A stretch of 64,000 bases of DNA, from NCBI GenBank assembly GCA_001179505.1, contig CDMY01001064.1:62001-126000 (forward strand), written 5' to 3'. The DNA comes from Vitrella brassicaformis CCMP3155. Taxonomy: Eukaryota > Protista > Chromerida. Positions within the stretch are counted from its first letter, which is position 1; each line of letters opens with the position of its first letter. Below are positions 12,356-29,193 of the stretch, piece after piece. The notes beneath the pieces were generated by a model. It searched no databases, was not told the DNA's origin, and saw nothing but the letters and a program-made list of their open reading frames with translations. A program made the position numbers and the translations under genes.

Positions 12356-14443
12356 ATGATGCTGAGCAACGCGTGGAATTGGGCCAAGAAGCATCGGCGG
12401 AAGATCATCGTCGGTGCTGTGGTGGTTGGAGGGGCCATTTATATCGGGAGGAAGCTCTACCGAAGGGCCAGGGCAAGCCTCGACGATGTGAGCCACTTTG
12501 GTGCGAAGCGAAAGTGGTTGAGTGATCTCTGTTTCTCTCTCTCTCTTTAAGTTGCTGAACAGCGACCACCTGAAGAATGATCTGCTGCGGCAGATATCGC
12601 TGGGACGGTCCGCCGAATGGAAGTGAGCGCGATGAATGGATGGATGAATTGATGGACTGCGCTTTGGATGCAAGGGACCAACCATCGCACCCTGCCTTGT
12701 GTGTGTGGTAGGATGACGCTTCACTACCAGAGGAACCAGAAGGTGTCCGACATGACGGTCAAGAAGAACCTCGAGAACCTCCGGACCAAACTGTTCGAGC
12801 TGTTCGAGATCAACGACCTCACACAGACGCTGCGCGACAACAGCCATCAGGTGGGTGGGTGCAGAAGTCGGGAGGGGGCCATCACGAAGGCCTGACTCTA
12901 CATGTATGTGTCGTGTGATGCAATGCAGTTGTCGCCCGACCAGAAGAGCGCCTACTTCAACCAGATCAAGATCCAGTGTGAGCAAAGCAACAGCTGCACG
13001 CACGCCTCTGTGGATGGATAAGTTGGTTGTGATTCACTCACCCGTCGATCTGTCAGGTCTATCTCGTGCAGTGAGCTCCCTCTACGCCCTCCACCTGCTG
13101 CTGCTCCTGCACAGGTGAGTGAGTGAGTACAACGAACGGCCCAGTCGTCCGTCCACAGAGAGTGCTCTGCTGTTCCTCTGATTGCCCTGTGAAAACACCC
13201 AGGTTGGAGATCAACATTATCGGCAAGCAGATGTTTGGCGACGACCGGCGGGCGGGCACCGAGCAGGAGAAGGCACACGACGAAAACTACGCATTCCTCT
13301 CGTCAACCAGATACATACAGGTACAGCTGCTGGCAGCCATCCAATGGCCCACCGAGCAACACGATCGCCATTCCAATGTGTGTACGTTGCTGCTTGTGTG
13401 TGCAGGAGGCTGAGGGTCTTCGTGTGATCGTCAAGGGTGTGACTCGTGCGGTTGAGGCGTGTGCGGGCGAGCTGCAGCCGCAGCATGAGCTGAGCCTGGA
13501 GGAGCTGCTCACTCTCCTCAAAGACATTGCCAGCAAGGCTGACGTGGAACTGTGAGTGTACGCACATTGACTGACTGACACATGGAGATCGGACTGTGTT
13601 GTCGGCCGATTGGTTGGTTGATTGGCTCACTCAGCATCAATGACGGGTTGGCTGTCAACACCGCCCTGCCGGACAACGTGCAGGACCTGTGCGACAACGA
13701 GTGAGTGAGGGTGGCACAAGGGAGGGAAGAGATAGAAGGAAGAAATGCGATGCGTATATCACATCACATTCCCCTCTCTCTGGTGTCCTTGCTCGCCAGG
13801 CGGCTATCGCCTGACGGCTGCCGCCTCGTGGCGCAATTCCTGTCTGAAACACGAGACTTCCTGGAAAGGTCAGGACTGCAGATAGATAGATGCACCCAGC
13901 AAACAAAACACACAAAGCACCAAATCAGGCGGATGCACGTCTGTGCGCCTCTTTGTCCCTTCAGCCCCCAGTTTGTGTCTGTCTTTCGGTTGGTGATCGA
14001 TCGCGCCCTCAAGAAGACGGTCGAGAGGCTCAGCGACAAATTCCAACCGGGTGGGTGAGCACAGCGAGAGGGCTTTCCTTACTCCTTCATGTGCTCACAT
14101 CTGTGTGTGCCGTGGTTGGCTGTTTGATGCAGGTCAGCGGTTCCCGCTTGCCCGCACGTTTGGCCGTTTCTGCCAGCTGAGTGAGGAGGTGCTGTCGTCG
14201 ACATTCAGCAACGCATACATCGAGGACTTCGCAAACACACCTGCCGTCAACGAACTCTCAGAGGTCAGCCAGGCAGCCAGACACGCACACGTGAATTGGG
14301 TCAGCTCCTGTGTGTTTCTGCGGGTGTCCATGCATGTGCTCATGTGTCAGATGGTGTATTTCCCCCCCGACTACGAGCAGGGCAAGATATCCAAGACACC
14401 GTCCATCGGGGCTCTCATGGAGAGGCTGCAGTTCAGCCCATAG
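12356..14443 (+). CDS. PEX3: Peroxisomal biogenesis factor 3 (peroxin-3)
   Basis: Typical PEX3 N-terminus with a basic cluster plus membrane anchor (WNWAKKHRRKIIVGAVVVGGAIYIGRK). Also HYQRNQKVSD, LYALHLLLLLHR/LEINIIGKQMF and ETRDFLE/SPQF. Confidence 0.85.
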
Positions 14444-15096
14444 CTAGCGATGGTGGACATGGCTGCAGGTAGACAGGGGCCTTCCTTCCTTCCTCTCCGT
14501 GCAGCCAATGCCCACCATGTCGGTGTGCAGCCACCCACTTGTGTACGTGTCACTTTCCGTGTACCATACATACATGCACAAAAATACAGACAGACTACGC
14601 TGTTAGAGGCGGGCAGTAGGAAACCTCTACGGCCCCGATGGATATATGAGTGAGTGCTTCTGTTCATATTTGTTAGTCACTGATATGTGTGTGTATGTGT
14701 GCGGTTTATTGGTACATACGGACATCCCTGATGGATGATGGATTGACATCTCGTGGGCTGAAACGTGTTCTATTTCGCCTATGATGTCTCGTCGCTTCGT
14801 GATCTTCCCATCCCTCACTCGGTCTCGAACGGCCCTACGTATCTATAGCTACCTATGGACAGAATGCCCATCATCATCATACACGCAGGCCCAGAAAGGC
14901 AAATCACACACACAGAGAGCAGTACCACAAAGCTGTGACAGCACACAGGCACCAGCAAACAGGCCAGACAGAGCAGCAATTGGCACACAGGCCGAAAGCC
15001 AAGAGAAGACTATACGTCCACAGCAGTAACACACAGGTCCAGATCAGTAGCGCACACGGTCAGAGCAGAATGCGAAGACTGACACGGCCGTGCATG

Positions 15097-18000
15097 CTAG
15101 CCCTGCCACGCCGCCCTCGCCGCCGCCGGCCCTCGCGCAGGCTGCACCTTGCCGGTGAGGCGGCAGCAGCAATAGATGGCCACACCCACAGCGGCGATCA
15201 GCACCATAGCTGCGACGGTGATGATGATGTATCCAGTGAAGCAGGACCTGCCAAACTCGAATGCCCCACAGGGCTCCGATTTCGTAGCCTCGTCTTGGGT
15301 GGTGACGTCGGTGTCTCCTTCCCCGGGCGGGGTAGTGTCGGGTGGTGCCTCTGTCGCAGGTGCAGTGGATGAAGCAACCGGGGACGGGGAGGTACTATCG
15401 GTGTCGGAAGCGATGGCGAAGAAGAACGCGTCGGGGGTGATGTCGCTGGGCTGCACGTTCTTCAGCACCATTTGATGCGTTGAATCGATATAGATGATAG
15501 CGCTGCCCTCGAGAATCTCCACGGACTCGAATGACGTCACCGCTGCAAAGCGTCGAAGGTCGATTCGGTCTCTGCCGATCTCGAAATCCAAAACGGTCGC
15601 GTTGCCTGGATTAGAGCTCATCACAAACAAGTCGGTACCTCCACCGCCTGCACACAAAAGAGCCGAGAAGACCCCATCCATCATCGTGCCGAGCCGAAAA
15701 GGGGTGGTGAGCGACACACAACACGGACGCCTCTGTGATGTGAGCCTTGGCTTACCCATGAGCGTGTCGTCGCCGCCGCCTCCATCGATGAGGTCAGTCC
15801 CTTCCCCGCCGTCCACAAAGTTGCTTCCCATGCTGCCATATATCTGATCCGGATGTCGAGACCCCTTCACTGAGCCCACTGTGGAGGCGGGAGCCAGACG
15901 CACAAACAGGCCCTTTTCACTGGAGTCACAGTCCAGACTGCCTCCCTCCATGACTTGTGTGTCCTGGCACTCATCTGGGACCACTTCTGTCTCATTCTTC
16001 CATGTCTCTTGGTTGTCAGGAAACAATGTCTCCCACTCGACCTCATCCGGGGGTGGAGGCAGTGTGGCTGGTGGCGTCGAGCTTATTGTTGCATCCTCAG
16101 GGTCCGGTAGTGGGGGCTCTACTTCCACTGGTGGCGATAGAGACGGGTCGATAGGAAGCTCGACCGGGGGACCAGGGAGAGGTTTTTTTGTCGTTGTCGT
16201 GGTAGTTGTTGTCGTTGTCGAGGGCGCTTCTGTCGTAATCAGCCACGCAGGACACACAGCCGCCTCCCAATCGAACAACTCTTCACCCTCCGAAGAATCG
16301 CAATCCACGTCTTCTGCCGAGTACTCGTCGCTGCAGCCGTTGCTCTCCTTGCACTTGTAGTACCCCGAGTCAAAGCACTGCCCATTGTTGCAGCAGAAGC
16401 CGTTGGGACACGGGTCAGGGTTGCACCAAATGGCAAAGGCAGGGCACGCGTACCAGTAATTGCGGCTCCGGTAAGGATTGCAGTTCACTGCTGAAGTTGC
16501 ATTCTTCTCCATCCGTGCGCATAGCTTCGTCTCGTCAATGCAGTAGAAGCCGTCAGCACAGTACGAATTGCTGCATTCGCGCGCGCTCCACGGCTTGATG
16601 CACGAGTTCATGTCTCTGTTTGGTCCCGTAGGAGCGCTTTCCTCCGGCAGACATTTACCGTGAAGGCAGATAGGATCCTCCGGTGGATGACAGAAGCCGT
16701 CAAGGCCACAGCAGCCTTCAGAGCACCCCATTGGGCCAGCGTCAGGGCCACACGCTTCGGGTGCCGCTGTTGGGCCCGCCATTGTGGGAGCCATCGTGGT
16801 GAGTGGGCCGAGGTCCGGATCATCACAGTGGCACTGCTGCGTGTACTTGTCGCAACTTGTGCCTGTATGGCACCATCCACGCTTGAGGCAGCTCGCATCG
16901 CCATTCACGAAGTCCCACATGAAGGAAACAGACAGGTCTGGGTTGATTGGGTCCTGGAAGACGAAGCGGTACGCAGCCTCACAGTCCTTCGTCTCATCCA
17001 CAGTGCAGCTGCAAGTAGGCACAACAGCACCACCATAGTGAAGTCTCTTTGCTTTTCTCCACCTGATTCACTTACATGGTCATTTCTTTGGTCTCGTCCG
17101 ATGTCGGATCGATCCATTGAGCAACCTCGATTGTCCCCTGCTGGCAGTCACATCCCCGGTCTGTGTAGCTTGGCAGAGGCGCCGGGGCTTGTGTGGTAGG
17201 TGCAGGCTGCGTTGTCGGCTGGACATGGCCTGGGGGGAGCGTCGAAGGGGGCGATACTGGGGGATCGATTGCTGTCGCAGGAATTGGTATCTCGTTGCAG
17301 GGTTTGGGGTCATCTGGAGACGCCACCGTTGAGCTGCTGAGAGACTTGCATTTGTCCCATGCGTAGCCACCCGAGTACAGACAAGAGCATCTTTGTCCCT
17401 TGTAGAAGCCGTACTTTCCACAATCTGCCGATTCCACCCAACACCTGCATGTACACAAACGACGATACCTTTTGCAATCAGCAACATCCGGTTTCCTTCC
17501 TCCCTCGCTCTCTCTCCCCCTCTCATATGCAGCCGCGCACCAACTGTATCCAGAACCCTGACTGCATGTGTCTCGATCCTGGCAGCGGCATCCGGTCCGT
17601 GTTATTGTATACTGTGGAAGTTCCTGGCAAGTGTCATCGTATGAGCTGACGCGGCCGGCACAGCTCGGCAGTCCCGTCACCCAATTGTATCGCCCCGAGA
17701 TAGAATACTCGGTCTGATAGCCGTCGCGGCACCTGCAGGTTCCATCTGTCCAGCACCCAGTACGGTCATGGCCGCTAGGACACCAGCCGCGACCCGGCAA
17801 TCATCTGGCACTTTGTTGTTGCGTTCGCAAAAGTCGAAGTAGATTTTGTTCTTGTCGGGGTCCATCCAGCTGCTATCGTCTTGGAAGATAAAGTATTTGT
17901 AGCTGCCATAGCAGTCGTCGTCTTTGTTCACCTTGCAACTGCAATCAAACACCGGCTCTTTCCCGTATTGTGTCTCAATGCTTTTTGTATCCGCCCTTAC

Positions 18001-21000
18001 ATGGAGAGTTTCTTGGTGACATCCGTACTGGCAATCGCCTCCACGTCGTAAGGATCCCGCCAGGTCCAGTCGAAGCATGGATCCGTCACGCCATCGTAGA
18101 AGCAGCGGCATGTATTGATCGACTCCCATGTGTACTTGTAGTAATTCTTGTCCTGCTCGCACCGGAAATCACTCCAGTTAATGAAGTAGCCGAGGTTGTT
18201 GCACTGGCAGGGCAACCACCACCGCCACCATTCGAACCAGCTGCCTGGAGTGCTTGCGCCCTCTGGACACCACCCGTCATACCCTGAATCTACGTGTCAT
18301 CACTCGTTTGCCCTCGGATTCTCTGCTTTCTTTCGGCTGTCGAACTTCCAGTTATACCAAGCGGTGCCACCGCCGGTCACTCGAAACTCGCTCGTCTTGC
18401 AGTCGCACTCTTCACAGGAGTCGGGGTGGACGAGACAGCTGCAGAGGGCCGTAACCACATGTTGTGATTACACCATTCCTTATGTGTCTTCAGTCTCTCT
18501 GTACCCATTAAGGTCTCGATTGGTCAGCCTAATGGCAGCCCCTCCAAGGTTTTGCACTGGCCCCATGCAGTAGCAGCCTGCATCAGTGCATCCTTTTTCT
18601 CCGAGCTGTTTCTGTGCGTCCGATGCCCTCTGTCTGCACCCCCAGAAATAGAAGGGCCAGAGGGGTGCAGGAGGGAGAGGATCGAAACAGACGACAGGCA
18701 AGTCCCAGAGGGTCGTAATAGGATCGTCGTTTAGGAACGGCAGGTAGTCGAGGAGGTCTTTTGCCAGCTGCGCAGATTTCTCCGAAACTTCTGTTCCCTC
18801 TCGGATCAATTTATCCCATCGTAGTTGTATGCTGGCCACCAGCTCGAGAGCCCCCCGCTCGGCGATGGAGTCCGTCTCGGGACATTCAAGTCTGAACGAT
18901 GAATGGATACTCTTGCATTAAGAGAGGGTGTGAGAGCTATGTCTTGGCTCAGCCTTGCATACTTGAGACATATGTCGAGATCCAGCGTGTATTTCAGCGC
19001 CCTGTAGACAGCATAGAGCGTTGTTGTTACGGGCTCAAATAGTCGACGCCGAGCGCTCTTGTGGTGGTGATGTAGGTATCGAGGCGTCACTTGTGTGGGT
19101 GGACTCTTGGGATCTCGCTGCCGCCTAAGCTGATCGAAGTTTGTTCGTGTCTCCGCGTCCGAGCAGGTCGGTGGAACGTGGCGTGTTTGCGTCGTGTCTT
19201 TCATGTCGCTTGTCCCCCGCCTTGTCGTCCGCCTGTGAGCTTTGAGGATCTGCTCGGCCACTGTGCTGTTTGTGGCATTGTTCAGGCTGCGGTGATAGAC
19301 AGAGGGCATGTCACGCAGTCGGTAATTCTTTCCGCATGCTGGGGTGTACTCAGGCGTCAGGTTCATCTCGGAGACACACGTCGGATGGTCGTGGTCAATG
19401 AGGGGCTGCTCGTCGACCTGCCGCAGCCAGACGTTCAGGCCCCGATCGCTCGTACACATCGACATCCATTTGCCAACTTCCTCTTTGTCCTCTCCCCACT
19501 CTTTCAGGATGTCGCAGAAGCGCTTGGGTTCTTCTTCCAGCATTCTCAGGTGAGCTTGACGGCGTCATCCCACGCTCCCCAGTCAAACCAGATCTCGGCT
19601 TGAAGGTAGACCTGTCCCACAATGTTCATCTCAAATGTGATATCGAAACCGACGGTGAAGCTGATGGTAGGGTAAAGCTAGAGATATCCGATGGAGAGAT
19701 GCCCGCATAGATACTTCCTTACCTGTAGAACGTGTCGAACTCCTCGCTGGGAACACCGAATAAGGCCAGTACGTTTGGCAGCAGGCCGCGGTAGAAGTAG
19801 AAAAAGAATGTCTCCTCAGATGTGAGGAATGAGGGCAGAGTGATGGCAAGCTGACAATCAAAGGAGCCTGTCAAGGCACCGAATTCGACCTGCGCATTAC
19901 ACGATAGGGGCCCCCAATCAAAGCCCAGGTGGAGACCCTCGTCAAGGATCTCCCCGTGTTCTTTAACGAGGAATGCTTCCTGCATGCACAGTGCACACAC
20001 CATATGAATATGGGAATGCACAAGTAAGCATAGGCGCTTCCTCACCTGCTGACAGGGAGTACATGATCCCTTGTTCTCCTTCTCACACATCTCCAGCTCC
20101 CGTCGATTGAGTCGTCTTCTTATGCCTCCCACCACCCGCTGCATCTCTTTGGTCACGTTTGAATCATTAAGTGTCTCGTTGATATAGCGGAGGGCACCCT
20201 CCATGGACCCCGGCGGCAGGCAATCACCGTGATCCCAGCCAAATATTGAGAGGAAGCAACCGCAGTCGCAGATACCATCACCCTGCAAGTAGATATGGTC
20301 TGATCTCTCATTTGATGCCTGAGCGTTTTCTGATCCCTACTTGCATGCAGGGCGTGCACTGGTAAGGCTCGTCTTCATTTCGCAGGCAGTGGCGATACAG
20401 ACGCTCGCCATGAGGGCCCTCGTGGGAGTGCTGGATATCATGCTTGACGTCTCGCTGAATCTCGAGACACGAGCCGCCGGAGCATTCGAATTCACCCTAG
20501 AAGAAGAGACACGAGCAAGGAGGTCTGATCCTTTGCAGCGATGTGCAATGCGGCTAGATACCTGCACATAGACGTCTTGGTGCGACACCAGTGTGAGGCC
20601 AGAGCTATTGATCACGTGACTGTCGACACAGTCCAGCTCAGGCTCCTCGTCATCGCACAGAAAGCTGCAATGCTGGGCTTCGTGTGCTCGCTCAAGTGTC
20701 ACTTTTCCCTCCTCCACCAGCTGCCGCCAGCGGTACTTCTGACGGACAATCAGCCTGACACTGGCGTCACGTCTCACGTTGAAGTGAAAGTTCTCACAGG
20801 CGCGGTAGGACAACGGGCTGCCGGTCTCGTTGATTTGGTAGAAGAGCGTGTGGTCAAAGAAGTTGATTACCTCAGCCTGCCGTGCCTTCCTTCGCGGCCA
20901 TTGATAAGTGAGTGGCTTGTTCGTCGAAGTATCGGTGAGCGTGATGGCGTGGGAAGGCAAGGGCGGCCAAGAGATGGTGTAGTCTGACCCGTTGACTGTG

Positions 21001-21316
21001 AAATGCTGCGGGATGGTCATGAAGGTCACGGGGGCGGATGATGAGTCGGACAGGCCGTAGATGCAGCTGATGTTGCCGCCTCTCTCAGACTGCGCGAATG
21101 GCGCCTGCAGCTGACCCTTCCACGTCCCTTCGGCGAACACACAACAAATCGCAATGTATGAGAGACCACATCCATGTAAGCAACATGCGCTCATGCTCGA
21201 TGGCTGTGTGCACCTTCGATGTATGGAATGCCATGACGCCTCCTTTGCGGGATCGGGGACGCATTGCTCAGCAGGAGGAGGGCCAAGGAGATCAAGAGAG
21301 GAGGAGAAGCCCCCAT
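15097..21316 (-). CDS. Very large type-I membrane/surface protein: signal peptide, LNR/Notch-like and many Cys-rich (EGF-/hevein-like) modules, Thr/Pro stalk, RTX Ca-binding repeats, TM helix, short tail
   Basis: Signal MGASPPLLISLALLLLSNA (ATG 21316). LNR-like GDGICDCGC..FGWDHGDC (~20220-20285). Modules CWTDGTCRCRDGY, TRTGCRCQD, CSEGCCGLDGFC, CPNGFCCNNGQC; poly-T stalk; GGEGTDLIDGGGGDDTLMG; TM YIIITVAAMVLIAAVGVAIYCCC. Same-strand exons appear contiguous, but I did not verify every splice phase, so it could be two genes. Confidence 0.7.
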
Positions 21317-21642
21317 CGGGGACACCGTGAACGGGTTTGACGTCCCTGATGGGGCAATGAGGGTGAGGGAAGTACTACTTCATCCACTTGGGGGGCGAAG
21401 GAAGAGTGAGCAAACTGGCCGCGGCTGCCAGTGTATCGGCCAAGATCGGCAGTCAGCATGTTTTTTGTGGGGAGGTTTGTCATGGTGCGTATCGACGACA
21501 TGGATGATGCCTCAAGGTCCTTTACACAACGGGTACACATGCAAGCAAGGGTCGGTCAGCGGCTTCTCTCCCCGTCCGTCTGTAGTATATATCGACAATC
21601 CCGAGAGAACCCGCCACCCCTACTCCCGTGCACTGCTACGAG

Positions 21643-22919
21643 TCAGGCGCCCACTGCACGAGTAGCACTCACAGTGAGGGCACAACGTGACGGATCGTGC
21701 GCCAAGCCGCCATGGGGTATCAGAGCGCTTGTGAAAAACGCCTGAAAAGCACACAGTGGAGGACACACACGACGCTGAAAGCAATGTGTGGCCATCGTTT
21801 CATACCCCGAAGAAGATGACGAACATGAGAATGGAGCCGATGAAGCCGCCCGGCAGGAAGTGGCCAGAGTGGAGGTAACCCATGAACAAACACACCTGCA
21901 CGACACACACACATTCATTGACAGGCAGTATCATTGAAGCCGACGGCATGCATCCCGGTCTTGTGCCTCGACGCTCACTCACTTGAATGACAGGCGTGAG
22001 CCACCCCCACACGGGCCACAAGGCGACCATAAAGCTACACACATACGTACACGGAGCCAGCTTATTGTATCCATGCATTGCATGCCCATCATTCGATTGG
22101 CTTACAAAACCGCTGCTGCCAGCCCGATGCAGGTCATCACTGGAATGACCCTGTCACACACAACACAGGAAGGCAAGTCCCACCGGCCAATCACACGTGG
22201 ACTCTCCTTCCGCGAACTTCTTATCGAGTTCTTCATCGGCAGCGATCATATCGTCCCGTTGCCACGGGATCACCACAGCGATGTAGAAGAGGCAGCAGAT
22301 GCAGAAACCCAAACACCCGAAACCCAAGTAGAGAAACACCCTGCACCACACCCGCACAACGCCCATGACCCATGCATGGTCTGGCCTCTCTCTGCGTGTG
22401 TTGTGTTGTTTCTTGCCTTTTGACGTTTGGGCATTCCCACATGACGCGGAAGAGGTTGGTGTAGTAGATGACGTATATGCTGGCGGCCACCCACAGCACG
22501 GCCTGCACCTTGTACCACACGTAGTTGAGCCGCTCAACCCACAGACGCTTCAGACGCTCACGCTCATCCAACACCTGCAGGTCATGGGATGCACACACAC
22601 ACGACACAACAACACACAACACACAACACATGATGCATTCATTCATCTGTCTGTCTGTCTGTCTGTCTGTCGATGCCGTGCGTTTTATGACCTCATTTTC
22701 ATCGTCGTCATCGTCTGCGAGCAGCTGCCGGCCGACAGGGATGGGGTGGCCCGATGCGCTCCTGCTCGTCGGCACAGGGCGGTAGCTGCCGGCGCCCTCC
22801 GGCCGACCGATGTAACGCAGGCCATCGAGGCGGGCCTGCTCTGGTGCAGTGACTTCACGAGCCTGAACGAATGAACCAAGATCCTAAATTCATTCGCATC
22901 GGCCTTTTCTCCTCACCAT
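21643..22919 (-). CDS. TMEM128-like multi-pass ER membrane protein
   Basis: Spliced product contains VLWVAASIYVIYYTNLF, CLGFCICCLFYIAVVIPW, VIPVMTCIGLAA and FMVALWPVWGWLTPVIQVCLFMG, matching the TMEM128 pattern (ALW.VW.F.TP....FMG). First coding exon is the ATG only (22917-22919). Confidence 0.7.
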
Positions 22920-23462
22920 TGCGGCCAAGCACCAGCAGCAGCGGTTTCAGGGAGCACCAGATCTGCGAGCTTATATCAGATCGGCTCCCCCAGACGCAAC
23001 ACGCGCCGTCCCACTGTCCGGATTTGCTTGGGGCTTTGGGTGCTGCATTTGTGACTCGCAGTTGAGCAGACTTGCACTGCACCACATCCATCAAGTAAAC
23101 CGGCCGGGACTTGCGTCCAATGATACACTAAAGCGGCCGCGTATAGCCTACGATGTTGGTGCGGCAGATCTCAGCCGCAGGGAGCGACGTTCGAAGAGCA
23201 GCAGAGGAAGCTGAGGTGCACCGGATAAAGTTGAACGAATTCATAAAGTGTCCATCATCATGTCGGCCGGTCGATGGCGACCCTTAAGCATCATCAATCA
23301 ATTAATCATGCGTCAGAGAACGCACCATGCAGGCTCGCGGTTCTACTGAGGCTGCTACGGTCTACTCGTATTCGCACTCGGAAGACTGAAAACGGCAAAG
23401 CAATAAGAACCCATTTGTCGCAGCTTTTGTGTCGTGTTAGCTCACATGAGGTCTCTATCTCT

Positions 23463-25225
23463 CTACAGAGGTTTGCCGAAGAAGAGGGCACCGTCCTTGC
23501 CCATTTTCTGGCGCACGATGGGCGCGGTGCCCTCGAAGTCCGATAACGTCTTCAATCGGTAACTGGGGACTGACAGACCGATCACAGATCCATCAACCAC
23601 TCACTCACAACACACACGCAGAGGTATGCGGGTGTCTGTCTTCACTCACTTCCAGTTGCTTCGGTGGTGAGCAGCTCGAGCGTGATGCTGTCGCTGAAGT
23701 TCTTGGTGACCCTGAGGTGTACGGCAAACCGGTCCGCCACCTGGTCGCCAGCGAAGATGACCAGCCGGGTCCGGGTGAGGTGGTTCTCCACATCCACCGT
23801 GCGGCACCCGTACACTGATACATAAATACAGCACAACAAACAACCCAACAACACACACGCTTCCACATGGGTTGGCTTGTGCAGAGCCGAATGGCTCCCA
23901 TGGTATGTATCAGCCTGCGTGTGCGCGCACCGTTGTCGCCCTTGAGCAGTGCCTCGGCTCTGGTGAACCTCTCCTTGAGCGAGAGGCTGTCGTCTGTCCA
24001 GGTGCACTCGGTGGTGGCGACGCACACACGGGCCTCCTGCCACAAGGGGCGCTGAAACGTATCCCGCCGGTCGCTCCACTGCTGCATCCTGATACACACA
24101 CATACATAACACAGGGAGAGGAAGAGGGCCGCAACAGAAAGGGGGACATGCAGACGGCGACATTGCTGCCGGCTGGTGTCACTGTGGACGAACCTGAAGA
24201 TGATGAGTTCGCGGAACGTACGGCCAGTTGTGGAATAGCAACCTGCAGCCGGATGGCCACAGGCACATGCCGGACACACGAGCAATGACGGATGTTGTCT
24301 GTCGCGATGCTTACACGTGCTGACGGGGTCGCGGGGGTCCGATGTTTTGAACGCACTGGTCAGGGAATCGCGCAGCCTCAATGAACTGAACACACACACA
24401 CACACACACACACATCAGGGGCGTACAGACGACCAACATTTGCGGTGGGTGCGTATGTGTGTGCGTACTATCTTGTGGGCCTGAGCTCTCTGGCTAGTCC
24501 TTCCAGCAGCATCAGGTCGGGACAACACGGCCAGCCATTCGCCGTTTGCCTCAGGCGATGTCCGAACAAAGAATACTGCCGCACGGCCTCACACCGGGAC
24601 AGATACGTGGCTGAATCAAAAACAAACATACATACAGACACACAGATAGATATACGTGCGATGACGATTTCTTTGTGAGCGGCCAGCCAGCGTGCTCGTT
24701 GCTGTATGAACGCACCTTTTGTGTCGGCTTCCTGCACGTCGATGGGCGACAGCATGAGAGGCAGCACTTTCAGCCAGCCGTGGTGATACGCCAGCAAGAT
24801 CATTGGCCGCACCGCGCCCCAGTCACCGCCATTCTCAAAGATGAAGACCAGCCGCAGCAGGTAGTCCACCCTCGGCAAACACGAAATCCGCCGGCGACGC
24901 CTTCGGGTGCGCCGCGACATGGCAGAGGTTATGACACGCCGATGCTCCCTCTCGTACCTGCACACGACAACACACACACAGCCAATGCAATGCATATCTT
25001 CCGGCCCATCTGGCTTCCATGTTTATACGCGAGAACGGACTCCAGGTTGTGTTGTTTGATGATCTTGTTGAGGCGGCGAACGAGAAATGCCTCGTCGATG
25101 AGGCAGCACCCCGCCCGGCCATCGGATGTGGACCGCAGGGCCGCGCAGCTCTCTGCCGGCAGATATGAGAGAAGAGCATCTAGGATCTCTGCAGGCAGGT
25201 CCTCCAGATGCTCCGCTGCATCCAT
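23463..25225 (-). CDS. Lineage-expanded hypothetical protein with N-terminal F-box-like motif (multi-exon)
   Basis: LEDLPAEILDALLSYLPAESCAALRST (F-box-like LP.EIL..I.SYL). Shares blocks with the 35149-36204 ORF (GDW/DEW, LPL.L, LFGHRL/LVGHLL, DPV, LLTTE/LFTTE). Stop TAG at 23463. Confidence 0.7.
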
Positions 25226-25357
25226 TCGCAGTGCCTCCTGTGACCGCCAAGCTCGCAACGCAGATGTCGAAAGGAGGAGGAAGACAAAAAGGGCATCATT
25301 TGGTGTGCATCATATGGTTTGCCTTGTGCGGCTTCGATTCACTCATGTTTGCACTGA

Positions 25358-25396
25358 CGAAGGCGCCTTGCGAAGGCGCCTTGCGAAGGCGCCTCG
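25358..25396. repeat. 13-bp tandem repeat x3 (cgaaggcgcc[t/c]..) upstream of the F-box-like gene
   Basis: cgaaggcgccttg cgaaggcgccttg cgaaggcgcctcg. Confidence 0.85.
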
Positions 25397-25700
25397 CGCA
25401 CACTGCTGACGAGGGACTGGCAGATCTGTGTGATGAGGCTTAAGAACAAGCATTCGGATTCAAAATCCACCAGGCAAACATGCACTTAACGCAGAAACGA
25501 ACCAACACACACATGCACAGACACACACAGACACACGCACACACTCGCACGAACGTCTTCTCGCCCCGCAGCACCGACAGTCTGAGCCACCCATCCATGG
25601 ACACACATCCACAACCGCGCAGGACACACGCATGCCTTCCCTCCCTCCCTCCCTCCCTCCCTCCCTCTCGCCCTTTCTTGTCAATCACTCACTCACTCAC

Positions 25701-28958
<3,258 letters not shown>

Positions 28959-29193
28959 CACAACCAAACTGCATTCCGCCACTTCTTTGCACCACCTCGC
29001 CGTTTCGTTTAACAGACACTCCATGCCCTAAGCTAGCGAAAACCAAGGCAGCATGACGCTCTTCAATTGGTTGTAATGGCGAGGCCTGCAAGATGGCAGC
29101 CAACCCGAAAATATCAGCTTTGCATCTGCTTTGTTCGCTGGAGCTGCTGCTGCTGACAACCGACCGGCAGAGAGGAGCAGAGAGCCTCAACTG

